Source: Spirogloea muscicola
Taxonomy: Eukaryota
Assembly (NCBI GenBank): GCA_009602725.1
Contig: WELB01000013.1
Span: 554,591 to 574,590 of the forward strand
Length of the DNA: 20,000 bases
Direction of reading: 5' to 3'
In this document: positions 1-8,918 of the stretch, piece after piece
How the letters are laid out: every line of letters starts with the position of its first letter
How positions within the stretch are numbered: the stretch's first letter is position 1
Position numbers and translations under genes: made by a program
The notes under the pieces: generated by a model
What the model was told of the DNA's origin: nothing
Databases searched by the model: none
The model's input: the letters and a program-made list of their open reading frames with translations, nothing else

Positions 1-220
1 GGCAGCGTGCGGGTGGCGGCCTGGTCCCTAGGGCCCTCCGCCATGCGGATGTGACCTCGTGGGTGCTGCGGCTGCTCATCAGGGGTCACCAAGCACCCAT
101 CGATGTAGCCAATTTCTTTCTTTCCTCGCAGAGCTGTGAGACGCCTTCAGACCTTGTTCAGAAAGCTTCTTTCTGGGCTGGCCTTTCGCAGCCCTTGCCC
201 CCCTCTGAAGGAGCCAATGT
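1..220 (+). mobile_element. Degenerate 3' end of an RLE non-LTR retrotransposon (old subfamily)
   Basis: Reads AACGWRPG...VLRLLIRGH, resembling the element C-terminus AASGFRQG...VRLLTRNY. It is followed by the family 3' motif (TTCTGGGCTGGCCTTTCGCAGCCCTTGCCCC...GAGCCA, ~170-216). 67-108 also aligns with 13442-13484. Confidence 0.55.
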
Positions 221-242
221 TTGCTGATGTTCTTGCCTGAGG

Positions 243-540
243 CCTCCCGGACCTTTCAGTGGGCAGGTTGTCCACAGCCCTTGCCCTTCTTGGACCCTAT
301 AGAGGCTGGCATTGTAAAGCCCCTCGCCCCCTTCGATAGAGCTGCTCCTTGGCCCGTGTCCGTTCCTCGTTGGGCTGGCTTTTGACAGCCATTGCCCCTT
401 CAGAGGAGCATTATCTTCCTGCCCACGCACATGGCCGCTCTTGCCCTGTCACTCTCCGGCCCCTCCGGAACTTGCTCATTCCTTTTGGCCTGGCCTTATA
501 TAGCCATGGCCCCCTCTACAAGAGCTGCCTCTTTCACAGT
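243..540 (+). repeat. Head-to-tail array of decayed retroelement 3'-terminal motifs (unit 1)
   Basis: About four degenerate copies of GGCTGGCTTTTCACAGCCCTTGCCCC-N-GAGC at ~255, ~302, ~370 and ~486, irregularly spaced. Paralogous to 7733-8115. Confidence 0.7.
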
Positions 541-1083
541 CGCCCGCTTTGAAGAACTTCTTCTTGTCGCTCATCACAGCTGCTTCTCGATGCAAAGCAC
601 GAAATTAGTGGCGTGTGCCAGATGGAGCCACTGGCGCATACCTGCGCACGTCAGCGAGTGGGACTGGACCGGCGAAGTGGTGGCACACGAGCTCTGCCAT
701 TGCATGTCGATGCCTATGTGGGGCCATTGACAATTGACAAGAACCATCATCTGTGACCCGCACAGTTGCCACCAAGACAGGGTATTTCAATTGAGCCCTT
801 TGCATACAGACAAGGTGGCTGCCATGATAGGGACCCATGACATTTTGCGACACTTACATTGCATGAGTTAGGAAGAGGTGCTTCAGCGTTGGCCATTCAT
901 GTCACAGATGACGCTGTTCATATGTTTACACTCGTGGTGCTGAGCAGTGCTCCATGTAGGAGCCTAAATGGAGCTCAGGTCAGCTTGGAGTCATCAACTA
1001 GGCCGCCCATCCACAAGGGAGGCCACTTTGCGTCAGACTGTCTTTCAGCATGACTGTGTCTTGCAACAGGTCTGTTTAGCACA

Positions 1084-1648
1084 GGACTTCTGAGGCAGAG
1101 CGGCCGGTCGCCGCTTCGGTGTGCACTGGCCTTTCCGTCCTTCTTGCCAGGGAGACGCGCCTGGCCTTCGCTGGCTGGGCCGCGGAGTCGGCGATGTTAC
1201 TATGAAATAATTGGCGTCCAAAGCAGGCCTACGCTCTGAATACATTAGCATGGAATAACGCGATAGGACTCCGGTCCTTGTTTATTTGGTCTTTGGGACC
1301 GGAGTAATGATTGATAGGGACACTTGGGGGCATTCGGATCTCGTTGTCAGAGGTGAAGTTCTTGGATATAAAGGACGTGCTCCTGCAAAAGCATGTGTTA
1401 AGGATGTTCTCATCTGTCAAGAAGGAAAGTTGGGTGCTCGAAATCGATCAGATACCGTCCTAGTCTCAACTATAAACGATGCCGACTGGGTATTGGCCGG
1501 ATTGAATCTGATGACTCAGCCAGCACCTTATGAGAAATGAAGTTTTTTGAGTTTCCGGGGGAGTATGGTCGCAAGGCTGAAACTTACAAGAATTGACAGA
1601 TGGGCACCACCAGGAGTGGAGCTTGCGGCTTAATTTGACTTAAGACGG

Positions 1649-1681
<33 letters not shown>

Positions 1682-1910
1682 TATGATTGAGAGCTCTTTT
1701 ATAATTCTATGGATGGTGGTGCATGGCCGTTCTTAATTGGTGGAGTCATTGTTTCTGCTTAATTCCGTTGACGAACGAGACCTCAGCATGATAACAAGTT
1801 GTACGAAGGTTCTGCTTCGTGGCCAATTTCTTAGAGGGATTATCGGCGTCTAGCCGATGGAAGCTTGAGCAATAATAGGTCTGTGATGCCCTCAGAAGGT
1901 CTGGGCTGCA
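1084..1910 (+). pseudogene. Degenerate internal fragment of nuclear 18S rRNA (V4 to ~V7), streptophyte-like
   Basis: Recognisable 18S blocks: GATCAGATACCGTCCTAGTCTCAAC, GGGGAGTATGGTCGCAAGGCTGAAACTT, GGTGGTGCATGGCCGTTCTTA, GGTCTGTGATGCCCT. Invariant positions are mutated (AAACTTACAAGAATTGACAGATGGG vs canonical AAACTTAAAGGAATTGACGGAAGGG). Both ends are missing and there is no ITS or 5.8S. Confidence 0.95.
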
Positions 1911-2164
1911 GGCGGCCTCTTCATACCTCTTTAAGCCATTTAATTTTCAGTAACTCTTAAGCAACAGTGCATCCTCAGTCATAAGAATGTATATTAGCTT
2001 CTACAGAGTGCAAGTTCTGCTCAAGTCGCAAATGCTTTACTCTTGTCTGCCAGGTTGGCTCGAGTAAGGAGGAAAAGCATGGAACGAAAGATAAGCAACA
2101 GAAGCTCAGAAAATATGTCCCTCTGTTCTGAACAGCTCTGAAGTGGTTGCTTAGTCGCTACTAG

Positions 2165-5100
2165 TCAGAAGAATGTGTCGATGAGGTCAATAGTAGCTTG
2201 GATGCTGTCCTCCACAATATCAAATTTCAGTAAAGAGCCGGTGTAGTATGTTTTCCGGTAACCTTGTAGTGCATGGAGCTCGGTCTCAAAGCCTGCAGCT
2301 ATGGCTGCTGAAGAGGCATGAGGAAAATAGTCCCATAATTGAAAGTCCTGCAAGAGTTCAATGCATCCAGATGAGCTTTTGGTAGTAGCAGAATTGACAT
2401 CTTTGCTGTTTCCGTCACATAGTAAGTCAAATTAGTCAATTTGAGGCCCTTTTGAAATGTCAAAGACCACAGCGACCACTAGTTCCCTGCTTTCCCTAGT
2501 CGATATTCTCATTATGTCGGTCTCAAGAAAGTCCTCTGAATGAGATCTTTGGTTCCTTGACTCAGACTCCTGCTGGATCTTACTTTGATGGCAGTAGGTC
2601 CCAGCTGTGCAAGGGTGGTGCCAGGGCCGAGCTTAGCGAGTGTGGCAAATGCAGTTGACTGAGCATTTGCACTACTCAAATCGCTCGTATTCCGATTCCA
2701 AGAGTACAAGGTTGTCAATCGTCTCCCCGCCTGTCATAGCCACCTGTGGAATGAGACCTGCTACTAATATCTGGTTGTCTACTCAGCTGCAGATAATTCA
2801 TCAAGCAAGGAGTCTGGAGAGTTGAGCATATGCCTGGCACAGCTATTGATCCAGAATCTCAAATACCTTACCTACAACTTACCTACAATGACTTTTACGA
2901 CAAGATCCCAGAATCCTGAGTCTGCTTAGCACGTAGTCGAACTGAAAAGTGACCTATTAGCAAGGGTTAATTCAGCTTCACCTCTGTTGTAATAGCGACA
3001 GGGCCGCCATTTCCCGGTGGCTCTGATAATGATGTACCGTTTAAGAGGGCATAGAGGGCAGATGGCTGGTTAAGTGCAATGCGCCCAGTAGCTCCAACAT
3101 CAATAAGGGTGGTTGAGTACCCGCTGTAAACAACCTTCAGTCATAAGATGGCAGCAAGTCAGATGCTAAGCTTCAAAAAGTCTCAGATAAGGTTTTCTGC
3201 CACCATAAGAAGTGAGAGAGGGGGGGCACAGAAATGCTCCAAGCTCCACAGAAGGGCTCTGCTATGACCACATAGAAGAAGATGGTTATTGCGAGCCCCA
3301 GAAATTGCATGTGTACCTGATTGAAGACAGCTGTTTCTTTGCTGTCAAGCCCCAGAAATTTAAGATTAGTCGCGATTTGGGGAAATGCTATGATAAGTTT
3401 TCTGCAGGTCATTGAGGACTGCGTTACCCTTCCCTTGAGGGTGCTTGTGAATTGTACAGTCGGGAGTCCTTTTTTAGGACGGGTGACAGCAATCGATGTG
3501 TTTAGATATATGGGGCCTTTGACAGTCCCTGCCCATTCCTGAATCAAAGACTGAAAACCTCCTGGCTCATTGATGAATGCTGGTCCACGAGGGTCCACCA
3601 AAAAGGATACAATGCGATCTTTCGTCATGTACCTGCCAACAAAATGCACAACTTTAACGTTCCGAAATTCTTGAAGAAGCCCCATCCACTTTGCAGAGGC
3701 AGCAAGGCTTGCTCAAGTCAGAACCAGTATCAACGCGCAGGACAAGTGAATTACCTTAGCACATAAAGGGTGGGGGTCTCCGTCAAAGAGCCATAACCGA
3801 AGGTTGTCACAATCTCAAGAAAAAATGGGAGCAAAGGTTGCAGCTTATTCTCCACAAGCCAAGCACCAAAGGGAAGTGCATAAGCTGCAGTACTGTTCTG
3901 GGCATTGAAGCGCCAGTCAGACCACAAGGTGACATACTGCGCGAGAGCTTGCAGTACGGCTGCTGTAGTACTTGGTGTTGACAGTGATGCAGATTTGACC
4001 TTAAGTCCTGATCTCTCCAATGTAACAAGCAGATTGGGTGGTCACCAACATGAATAATGGCATTTCACAGCTAGAGCTCCTAGGCATATCTTAGGGGCTT
4101 AAGAGTTCGTGACCCTCAAGAGTCCTGCAAATGGCATTGAAGCTTGTAGAGCAGGCATGTTGTTGATTGCCAAGTTAGCTCGTCCACGTGTAATGTATAT
4201 GCTCGGCAGTACAGACAGGCTGGTAAAGGTAAGTCAACAAGCACTTGTGAGTAGGAGAAGCTGCTAGACCTGTTTGAGGATCGAACAAGTACGAGGTAAA
4301 ATTCTCGTAAGCAATCTTGAAGTTGAATCTCTGCACAAGCCTCAGCACATTAGTGTAGTCCGTGGTGAGGAGCAGGGCCCCTTCGTCGTAGTTGAGTCCA
4401 TCAGTAACATATCTGCAGGAATATCATAAGGCCGGGCATGTCAGGCCGAATAAGGCTCACTGAAGGTTGCTGACTGCATTCTGCAGGGCAGAAAGCTGGT
4501 ATCTTAGTCTTCCCCAATGTTTGCCATGCCCAGAACTTCGCGATATGTACAGGAGACTGCATATAGAACACTTGTCAATCAGTGCTCGGATGAATGACCT
4601 CCTCACTTGAAGCTTTTGGTACGTCCACCAACATAGGCATTCTTTTCAAAAATGGCGACCGAATGGCCTTTGCTCTCTAGTTCGGTGGCTGCTGCGATGC
4701 CCGAGGGACCTGCTCCAATGATGCAGATTCTTTTGGACAGTTTGGCTTGGGCTTGCACTGTGGAGGAATGCCATTACAACAGTCACACAGGTCTTACTGT
4801 GAGCGTCCTATTATGGCCAGAAACAAGATGCGACTGACAACGCTACATAGTCAAGGCCGGCAACCTTCAGAGAAGGGTATTACGCGTCTCTAGAGCAGTC
4901 CAACTCCTTCCCTGGTCATTGAATGCTTGCGTACGATTAGCACCATGCCATTGTCACGCCGATATTTCATGAGGATGACAAGCAAGATGGACAGGCACCT
5001 TCACGAGGGCTGACTTTCTCTCGCTATTCTGGGTTCCAGCTAGTGAAAGTATCCGGAACGATATACTAGCTGGACAGAGGAGCTTGGATGAAGCTGGTCA

Positions 5101-5220
5101 GGTCGTCGGATAAGCACCAGCAAGCGTGGAGAAGAGTAGAAGCAGGCAGGAGAACGTCGCCAGGCGGAGCGCCGAGCGGCAGGCCGGCCGGGCGATCATC
5201 TTTGACCGAGAATGCTCCAT
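2165..5220 (-). CDS. Secreted FAD-dependent oxidoreductase, polyunsaturated fatty-acid isomerase (PAI/PFI)-like, flavin amine-oxidase fold; 8 exons, ~482 aa
   Basis: Exons 5220-5118, 4757-4607, 4412-4270, 4007-3755, 3632-3317, 3134-2982, 2730-2584 and 2347-2165 join through GT-AG introns into an open 1449-nt frame (alternative ATG at 5199). The protein has a signal-peptide-like N-terminus (LRLATFSCLLLLFSTLAVQA), a Rossmann motif ICIIGAGPSG...FEKNAYVGGR, then YDEGA, LPFGAWL...TTFGYG...PTLYVLRY, WDYFPH and LQGYRKTYYTG...F. All splice sites are conserved in the paralog. Confidence 0.9.
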
Positions 5221-5550
5221 CTGTGGCGCAAGTTGCACAGACAGCTGGCCGTCGCGCCTTTTGCAGTGCTCCCACGAGCGATCACCAGCAGAGCCGGGGC
5301 GGCTCTTGGCCCGCAGCAGCAATGGCGGGCTCCTACGGGTGCTGTGGCGTGGGCGACGGCGCGGCAGTGGCGGCGGCGGCAGGGGCGGCGGCGCCTGCGG
5401 CAGGAGGGAAAGCTAAGGGCAGGGCGAGGTCACGGCGGGCAGAGTGGCGCCTCGGCTGATCGCCGGTCGGTGATTGGCAACTCCGAGCGCCGGCTGGCGC
5501 CACCAACTGTTGCCATAGTATACAGATAAGCAAAGGCCCTTCCAGTTAAT

Positions 5551-5610
5551 AGTGGAATGTGCATCGAATGATGGAGGAGGGCCTGAGTGGCTAAGTACAA
5601 AGGCAGGCAC
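5551..5610 (-). repeat. ~60-bp segment, inverted copy of 6905-6961
   Basis: Reverse complement GTGCCTGCCTTTGTACTTAGCCACTCAGGCCCTCCTCCATCATTCGATGCACATTCCACT aligns with GTGCTTGCCTCTGTACTTGACCACTCAGGCCCTCCATCATTCAGTACACACTCCACT. Absent from the paralogous upstream region (~12260-12300). Confidence 0.7.
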
Positions 5611-5832
5611 ATCAGGAAATCGAGAAGGCGCGCGGTGCGCATGTTCTGAAAGGGTGGCCAATGTAAGCCCAAAACACCGCTCAGACAAAAGCTAGTGCGG
5701 AACTTGGGGCTTCACAAATCCAGAAGCAGGCGGCGACAGGCCCAGTCCCACGGGACTGGTGCACGCGATTGTCGGGAGTCAATGGCGGTCAGCGGCTGGG
5801 CCCCCGATCGTTCCTCTTGTCTGGGCTTTGTC

Positions 5833-5930
5833 GGCCCTTCCCTCCGTCATTTGCCCCGTTGGAACCTTTTGTCAAAATTTTTCAGGCTGGCTTTTCACAG
5901 CCCTTGCCCTCATTGGGACTGCCACTTCTC
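5833..5930 (+). mobile_element. Short 3'-terminal remnant of the RLE retroelement
   Basis: GGCCCTTCC...GGAACCTTTTGTCAAAATTTTTTCAGGCTGGCTTTTCACAGCCCTTGCCCTCATTGGGACTGCCACTTCTC aligns with 15171-15265. Confidence 0.7.
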
Positions 5931-6019
5931 TTCACAGCCCTCGCCACCTTAAGCGTGACGCCTTTCCGCTTTTCTTTCTTTCTCTCTCTCCGCCCCTATA
6001 ATGAGCTGTTTGTTTCAGC

Positions 6020-6700
6020 CCAGCTGCTTCTACCTCTCCCGGTGGCTCGGTCCGCCCGTTTCTGTCGCGCCGCGCCAGGCCGCCGCCGGCCGGGAAGAGA
6101 AGTGGCGCTCTCCCGAAGGGGTGCAAGGGCTGTGAACAGCGAGCCCGGAAAAATGACAAGGTCCGAAGGGGCCAAAAGCGCTGTCTCATGGTAGGATAGA
6201 CCAACCTTAGCGCCGGTCTTAGTCGGTCAGTCGCTTATTGGCCTCGTCTTGGCCTCACATTGGCAACGAGTTTGACTCTGAGGCTCCATACAAAGCGCGA
6301 CACGTACCCCTCAGCCGCGACCGTCTGACCAAAGTGTGAATGGGCCATTAGTAACCACGAGTGAGGATTCGCAAATCCGAAAAGACTAGCAGCCGAAAGC
6401 AATCCCCCTTAACGAATCCTGCCCGTCTCTGTCGCCCCCCCCGGAAGGGGCCGGGCGCAACGGGGACGAATGCGGACAGCCGCTGTCCCGCCATGTGGCA
6501 AGGCTCGGCGCCCCGGGACGCTTGGTCCGCCCAACCATCCCGGGCCCGCCCCGCTCCCCGCCCCCGGTGTCGGCTGGCGGACGGCGTCAGATGCTCCGAG
6601 GCGCCCCCCCGTGCACATCCGGCTTGACGTGGCGCACGTGTGCCGCCCCCCTGGGGTCAGGGCCAAGTAACCGCCGCCGCCGCCACCGCCAGCGGGCATC
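6020..6700. repeat. GC-rich block Y, copy 1 (interrupted by the retroelement at 6096-6419)
   Basis: 6020-6095 plus 6421-6700 align with 12945-13375 and 15378-15770. Shared cores are GTCGGCTGGCGGACG and CACATCCGGCTTGAC(G/C)TGGCGCACGTG, followed by (GCC)n. Confidence 0.75.
6096..6419 (-). mobile_element. 5'-truncated RLE retrotransposon copy (last codons plus a longer 3' UTR)
   Basis: Minus strand reads ...SDLRILTRGY* (stop near 6347), homologous to SDVRLLTRNY* at 7149. The 3' motif lies at 6096-6175. Target sequence (GCCCGTYTCTGTCGC...CCG(G)GAAG) is repeated on both sides. Confidence 0.75.
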
Positions 6701-7004
6701 AATGTGCTAGGGTTTATTTTGACACCACAGCAGGAGTCGCGCAGGCTCATTCTTTGCACCAGAAAGCTGGTCCGGCCTCAGCTGGTGGCACAAGAGCTTG
6801 TCATTTGCCGTCCGGTATTCGGGCATCACTTAGCGACCTCCTTATGTGCTGCTCGTGGTTACTGAACGAGTCAGCTTAGCAGCAGGTGACGTACATCTGT
6901 CAACGTGCTTGCCTCTGTACTTGACCACTCAGGCCCTCCATCATTCAGTACACACTCCACTTCCTTTGGCAGAGCCACTGTTCTGCTGGTATGCTTGCCT
7001 GAGG

Positions 7005-7723
7005 AAGAAGTGGCTCTCCCAGTGGGGGCAAGGGCTGTGAGAAGCCAGCCCGAAAAGAATTGACAAGGTTCGAAGGGGCCAAACTACGAGCTAAGCAGCG
7101 ACTGCGGGGCCTGAAGAGGCTATGGCAGAACGGGGGAGGATGGACCACTTAGTAGTTACGAGTGAGGAGCCTCACATCCGACAGACTAGCTGCTGGTAAA
7201 TTATCCCCCTGACGAAAGCCGGAGGCCGCAGCGAGAGCACGGCCAGCACGCAGATGCAAGGCGTGGGCCATGGACCGCTGGAGGGAGACGGACAAGCGCA
7301 TACGATACACCTGAGCCCACGAGCCAGCGGCGTTGAAGTCAGCCGGCTCACCGCGCCTGCGGGACACAGCGCGCCGTGCAAGCCTGGCCAACAGGTCGAG
7401 CCAGTGGGATCCGAGAGCCCCATGCACGTCCACAGCCAGGGGGACGAACTCGTCGGCAGCCGGGTGGTCGGCGTGTTTGGCCGCCTTGCTGCGAGCGGCC
7501 TTTGCCGCAGCGTGGCCAGCCCGCGAGGCAGAAAGCCCCGGGTTGGAGCGGTCGACCACATCAGTGGTGACCACGTCGGCAATGATGCGCCCGCCACCGC
7601 CCGTCGTGGACGCCACCAGGTCGACGCGGCGCGTGTGGAGTCCGTCGGCCCTCTGGAGGATGGGCATGACAGAAGTATTCTCCATCGCAACTGTGTATCC
7701 GGCCTCCTGAAAGATGCCGAACA
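7005..7723 (-). mobile_element. Young 5'-truncated non-LTR retrotransposon (RLE type, CRE-clade-like) with 9-bp TSD
   Basis: The open frame 7723-7149 encodes an RLE C-terminus: AGYTVAME, RRVD...IIADV (PD-(D/E)xK core), KAAKH, FVPLAVDVHG and RLSVSLQR. The 3' UTR ends GAGAGCCACTTCTT. TSD TGCCTGAGG at 6996-7004 and 7724-7732; the paralogous empty site is at 234-242. Confidence 0.9.
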
Positions 7724-7732
7724 TGCCTGAGG

Positions 7733-8115
7733 CCTACCGACCTTTCAGTGGGCAGGTATTTCACAGCCCTTACCCTTCTTGGACCCTCCTGTATTTTTCG
7801 CCCTTTGGACCCCGTCACTTCCTTCCTGGGCTGGCTTTCAACAGTCCCTCGCCCCTTCTGGAAGAGGTTCCATTTATTGTAGGCTTGCTTTCCACAGCTC
7901 TCGACCCTTTGACAGAGCTGCTCCTTTTCTTGGCCCGTTTCCGTTCCTCGTTGGGCTGGCTTTCAGCAGCCATTGCCCCCTTGAAAGGAGCATCACCTTC
8001 CTGCCCACGCACCTGGCCGCTCTTGCCCTGCCACTCGCCGGCCCCTCAGATATTGCTCAACCTTTTGGCCTGGCCTCGTACAGCCATCGCCCCCTCTACA
8101 AGAGCTGCCTCTTGC
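7733..8115 (+). repeat. Head-to-tail array of decayed retroelement 3' motifs (unit 2)
   Basis: About five degenerate copies at ~7748, ~7826, ~7880, ~7952 and ~8065. Paralog of 243-540 with one extra unit. Confidence 0.7.
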
Positions 8116-8918
8116 ACAGTCGCCGGGTTTGAAGAACTTCTGGTCGCTCATCACAGGCTGCCTCTCGGTGCAAAGCACGATCTTGGCGGCACGTCAGATG
8201 AAACCACCGGCGCATACCTGCGCACATCAGCCAACGGGACTGGACCAGCGAGGTGGTGGCACACAGGCTCTGCCATTGCATGTTCAGTGCCTATGGTGGG
8301 CCACTGACAATCGACAAGACCCATCATCCTGCTGAGACTTGCAAATTGCCACGAAGACAAGGTGTCTAAACTGAGCACATGCATACAGACAAGGTGGCTG
8401 CCAAGACTGGGACCCATGACATTTTACGACATTCACATTGCATGACTTAGGATAGAGGTGCTTCAGCATCGGCCAGTACATCACAGACTACGCTGTCAAT
8501 AACTATACACTAATTGTGCTGAGCAGTGGTCCGTGGAGGAGCCTAGAAGGTTCTTAGGTCAGCTTGGAGTCATCCATAAGGCCGCCCAGCCACAAGGGAT
8601 GCACCTTCGCATCGATCTATCTATCTTCAGCTTAAATGTGTCTTGCAACGGATCTGTTATGCACCACTGGCAATGTGTACCTCTTGATGCTATTTGACTT
8701 ACAAGAATTTCTAAAGCAAAAGTAGATCCTCGGTATAGATGTATATATTTAGCTTCCAAAAATGCCAGGTCTGCTCAAGTCGCGAATGCTTCACTCTCGT
8801 CTGACAGGTTGGTTTGATTAAGGAAGAGAAAGAAAAGAGACAAAAATAGGGGCTCAGATGATCTGTCCCTCAATCCTGAATAGCTCTGAAATGGTTGCCT
8901 AGTCAAAAACGTTCCCAG

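Noticed and set aside
170..540. CRISPR-like repeat-spacer array (also 7733-8115)
   Set aside because: Repeats are highly degenerate and irregularly spaced, they match the retroelement 3' end, the context is eukaryotic, and there are no cas genes.
600..1040. Possible exons on the minus strand (VCHHFAGPVPLADVR with a GTATGC donor; paralog 8200-8600)
   Set aside because: No consistent reading frame between the two copies and no recognisable domain; the segmental duplication explains the conservation.
1045..1540. ORFs overlapping the 18S fragment
   Set aside because: Spurious translations of rRNA-derived sequence.
6020..6700. Block Y as the specific target site of the retrotransposon
   Set aside because: The TSD-verified insertions at 7005, 13755 and 15053 are not in Y; its recurrence next to motifs is largely explained by the tandem duplication.
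7005..7085. Hammerhead or HDV-like ribozyme in the terminal motif (CTGTGAGA...GAAA)
   Set aside because: No CUGANGA core precedes the stem and no HDV P3/L3 pairing can be built; only a simple hairpin is supported.
7149..7724. 191-aa ORF as an independent gene
   Set aside because: Its ATG overlaps the TSD junction; it is the truncated C-terminus of a retrotransposon ORF.
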